A DNA stretch of 64,000 nt from Lenisia limosa. Its lineage: Eukaryota; Protista; Breviatea. Positions 63,301 through 64,000 of this stretch are shown here, piece by piece (the first letter of the stretch is position 1; every line of letters starts with the position of its first letter). The position numbers were made by a program, and so were the translations under genes. Under the pieces are notes generated by a model. That model searched no databases. It was not told the DNA's origin and saw only the letters and a program-made list of their open reading frames with translations. Location of the stretch: NCBI GenBank assembly GCA_001655205.1, contig LPNZ01008239.1, positions 1-64,000 on the forward strand, given 5' to 3'.

Positions 63301-64000
63301 TATAACACAAACCTCCGATTTCTAGAACTAAAGATTCATTTTTGGCTGTCAATTCATCGACTCGAGTGTTGGCATCTAAAGTAAAATCAAGGTGGTGGAA
63401 CTAACAAACCGTTGAAATCATCCAATAGCTTCTTGAATTTCATCTCTTGCTCGGATCTAAGTGCGGCAGCTTGGTTTAGATCACGTTGCAAACTAGAATG
63501 TTTAATGAACATTTTCCAATCAAAGATACCTTTCAACTTGTTGGGTTAAGAAGTTGTTGTTTTCTGTGAATTCGTTTTGGAGTTTTTCACAGATATCCTT
63601 CGCTTCTTCAGCAACGATCTTGCGATCAATCGATTGCTAGTTTAAAGTGAGTTTAAAATTATCCATTCTACACAACTGGCAGATTATGAGGGAAAAGAGC
63701 AGAACACAAAGCCATATTATAACCGATTCTGTTTGCCAAAACAAAAATTGAATCAATAACCTACCTTCATCTCAAGGTCATGAAGAGCGGATTCCAAACA
63801 GTCAACCTGGGTTCTAGATTGAGCAAGCTGCTTTTCAAGATAGTTGATGGCCGCTCGGGCCGCACCTAAATCACCATGCTTCTCTTCCAACTCTAAAAAC
63901 ATATAAACGTTTCAAAAATATTGCATGGAATTTTAAAAAAATTCAAGCCAAAAGTTTGTTACATTTTTGGTGTAATACTATATGATATGCATATGGTATA
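60399..64000 (-). CDS. Long coiled-coil protein, 3' part; 5' end lies beyond the window
   Basis: Heptad-rich E/K/L/Q exons, e.g. ARAAINYLEKQLAQSRTQVDCLESALHDLEMK, IETIKQDVQIIRESLKAKTQALKEEH and NQIQHLTDRVSKLEGDNEELTQEIDDSRKKA. Last exon DERDKLYDELECVGHLLKV..TNYPQ* (stop 60399-60401). No family identified. Confidence 0.75.

Noticed and set aside
1-64000. Non-standard genetic code, suggested by the short six-frame ORFs
   Set aside because: Conserved genes (LIS1, STRAP, RABL2, LTV1) splice into open frames with GT-AG introns and end in TAA, TAG or TGA. The fragmentation is due to introns.

Overview
Gene-dense genomic DNA (draft assembly, 15 N-gaps) from an intron-rich unicellular eukaryote, probably a flagellate (RABL2, LIS1 and ARMH2 homologues). 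It uses the standard genetic code and GT-AG introns, mostly about 45-100 nt. Hand splicing gives 15 protein-coding genes. In order: unknown membrane protein (-, partial), PATROL1/DUF810 MUN-domain protein (+), PrimPol (-), YgbA-domain protein (+), RalGAP-alpha-like (-), STRAP (+), unknown (-), triple-SH3 coiled-coil adaptor (+), LTV1 (-), LIS1 (+), Sar1-like GTPase (-), RABL2 (+), divergent SMC4-like (-), ARMH2-like (+), long coiled-coil protein (-, partial). Most striking points: (1) gene orientation alternates at every junction, giving seven head-to-head pairs on short shared promoters; (2) a roughly 100-bp hAT-type MITE family sits in introns, and one copy appears to supply a 5' splice site; (3) a bacterial YgbA (NsrR-regulon) domain is split by six introns and may be fused to an unknown domain; (4) about 30 intronic patches are built from a self-complementary ATATGATAT/ATACTATAT vocabulary; (5) local duplications recur at splice donors. 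All exon models are manual, and 5' ends are often uncertain. Family calls rest on recalled motifs; no database search was run.
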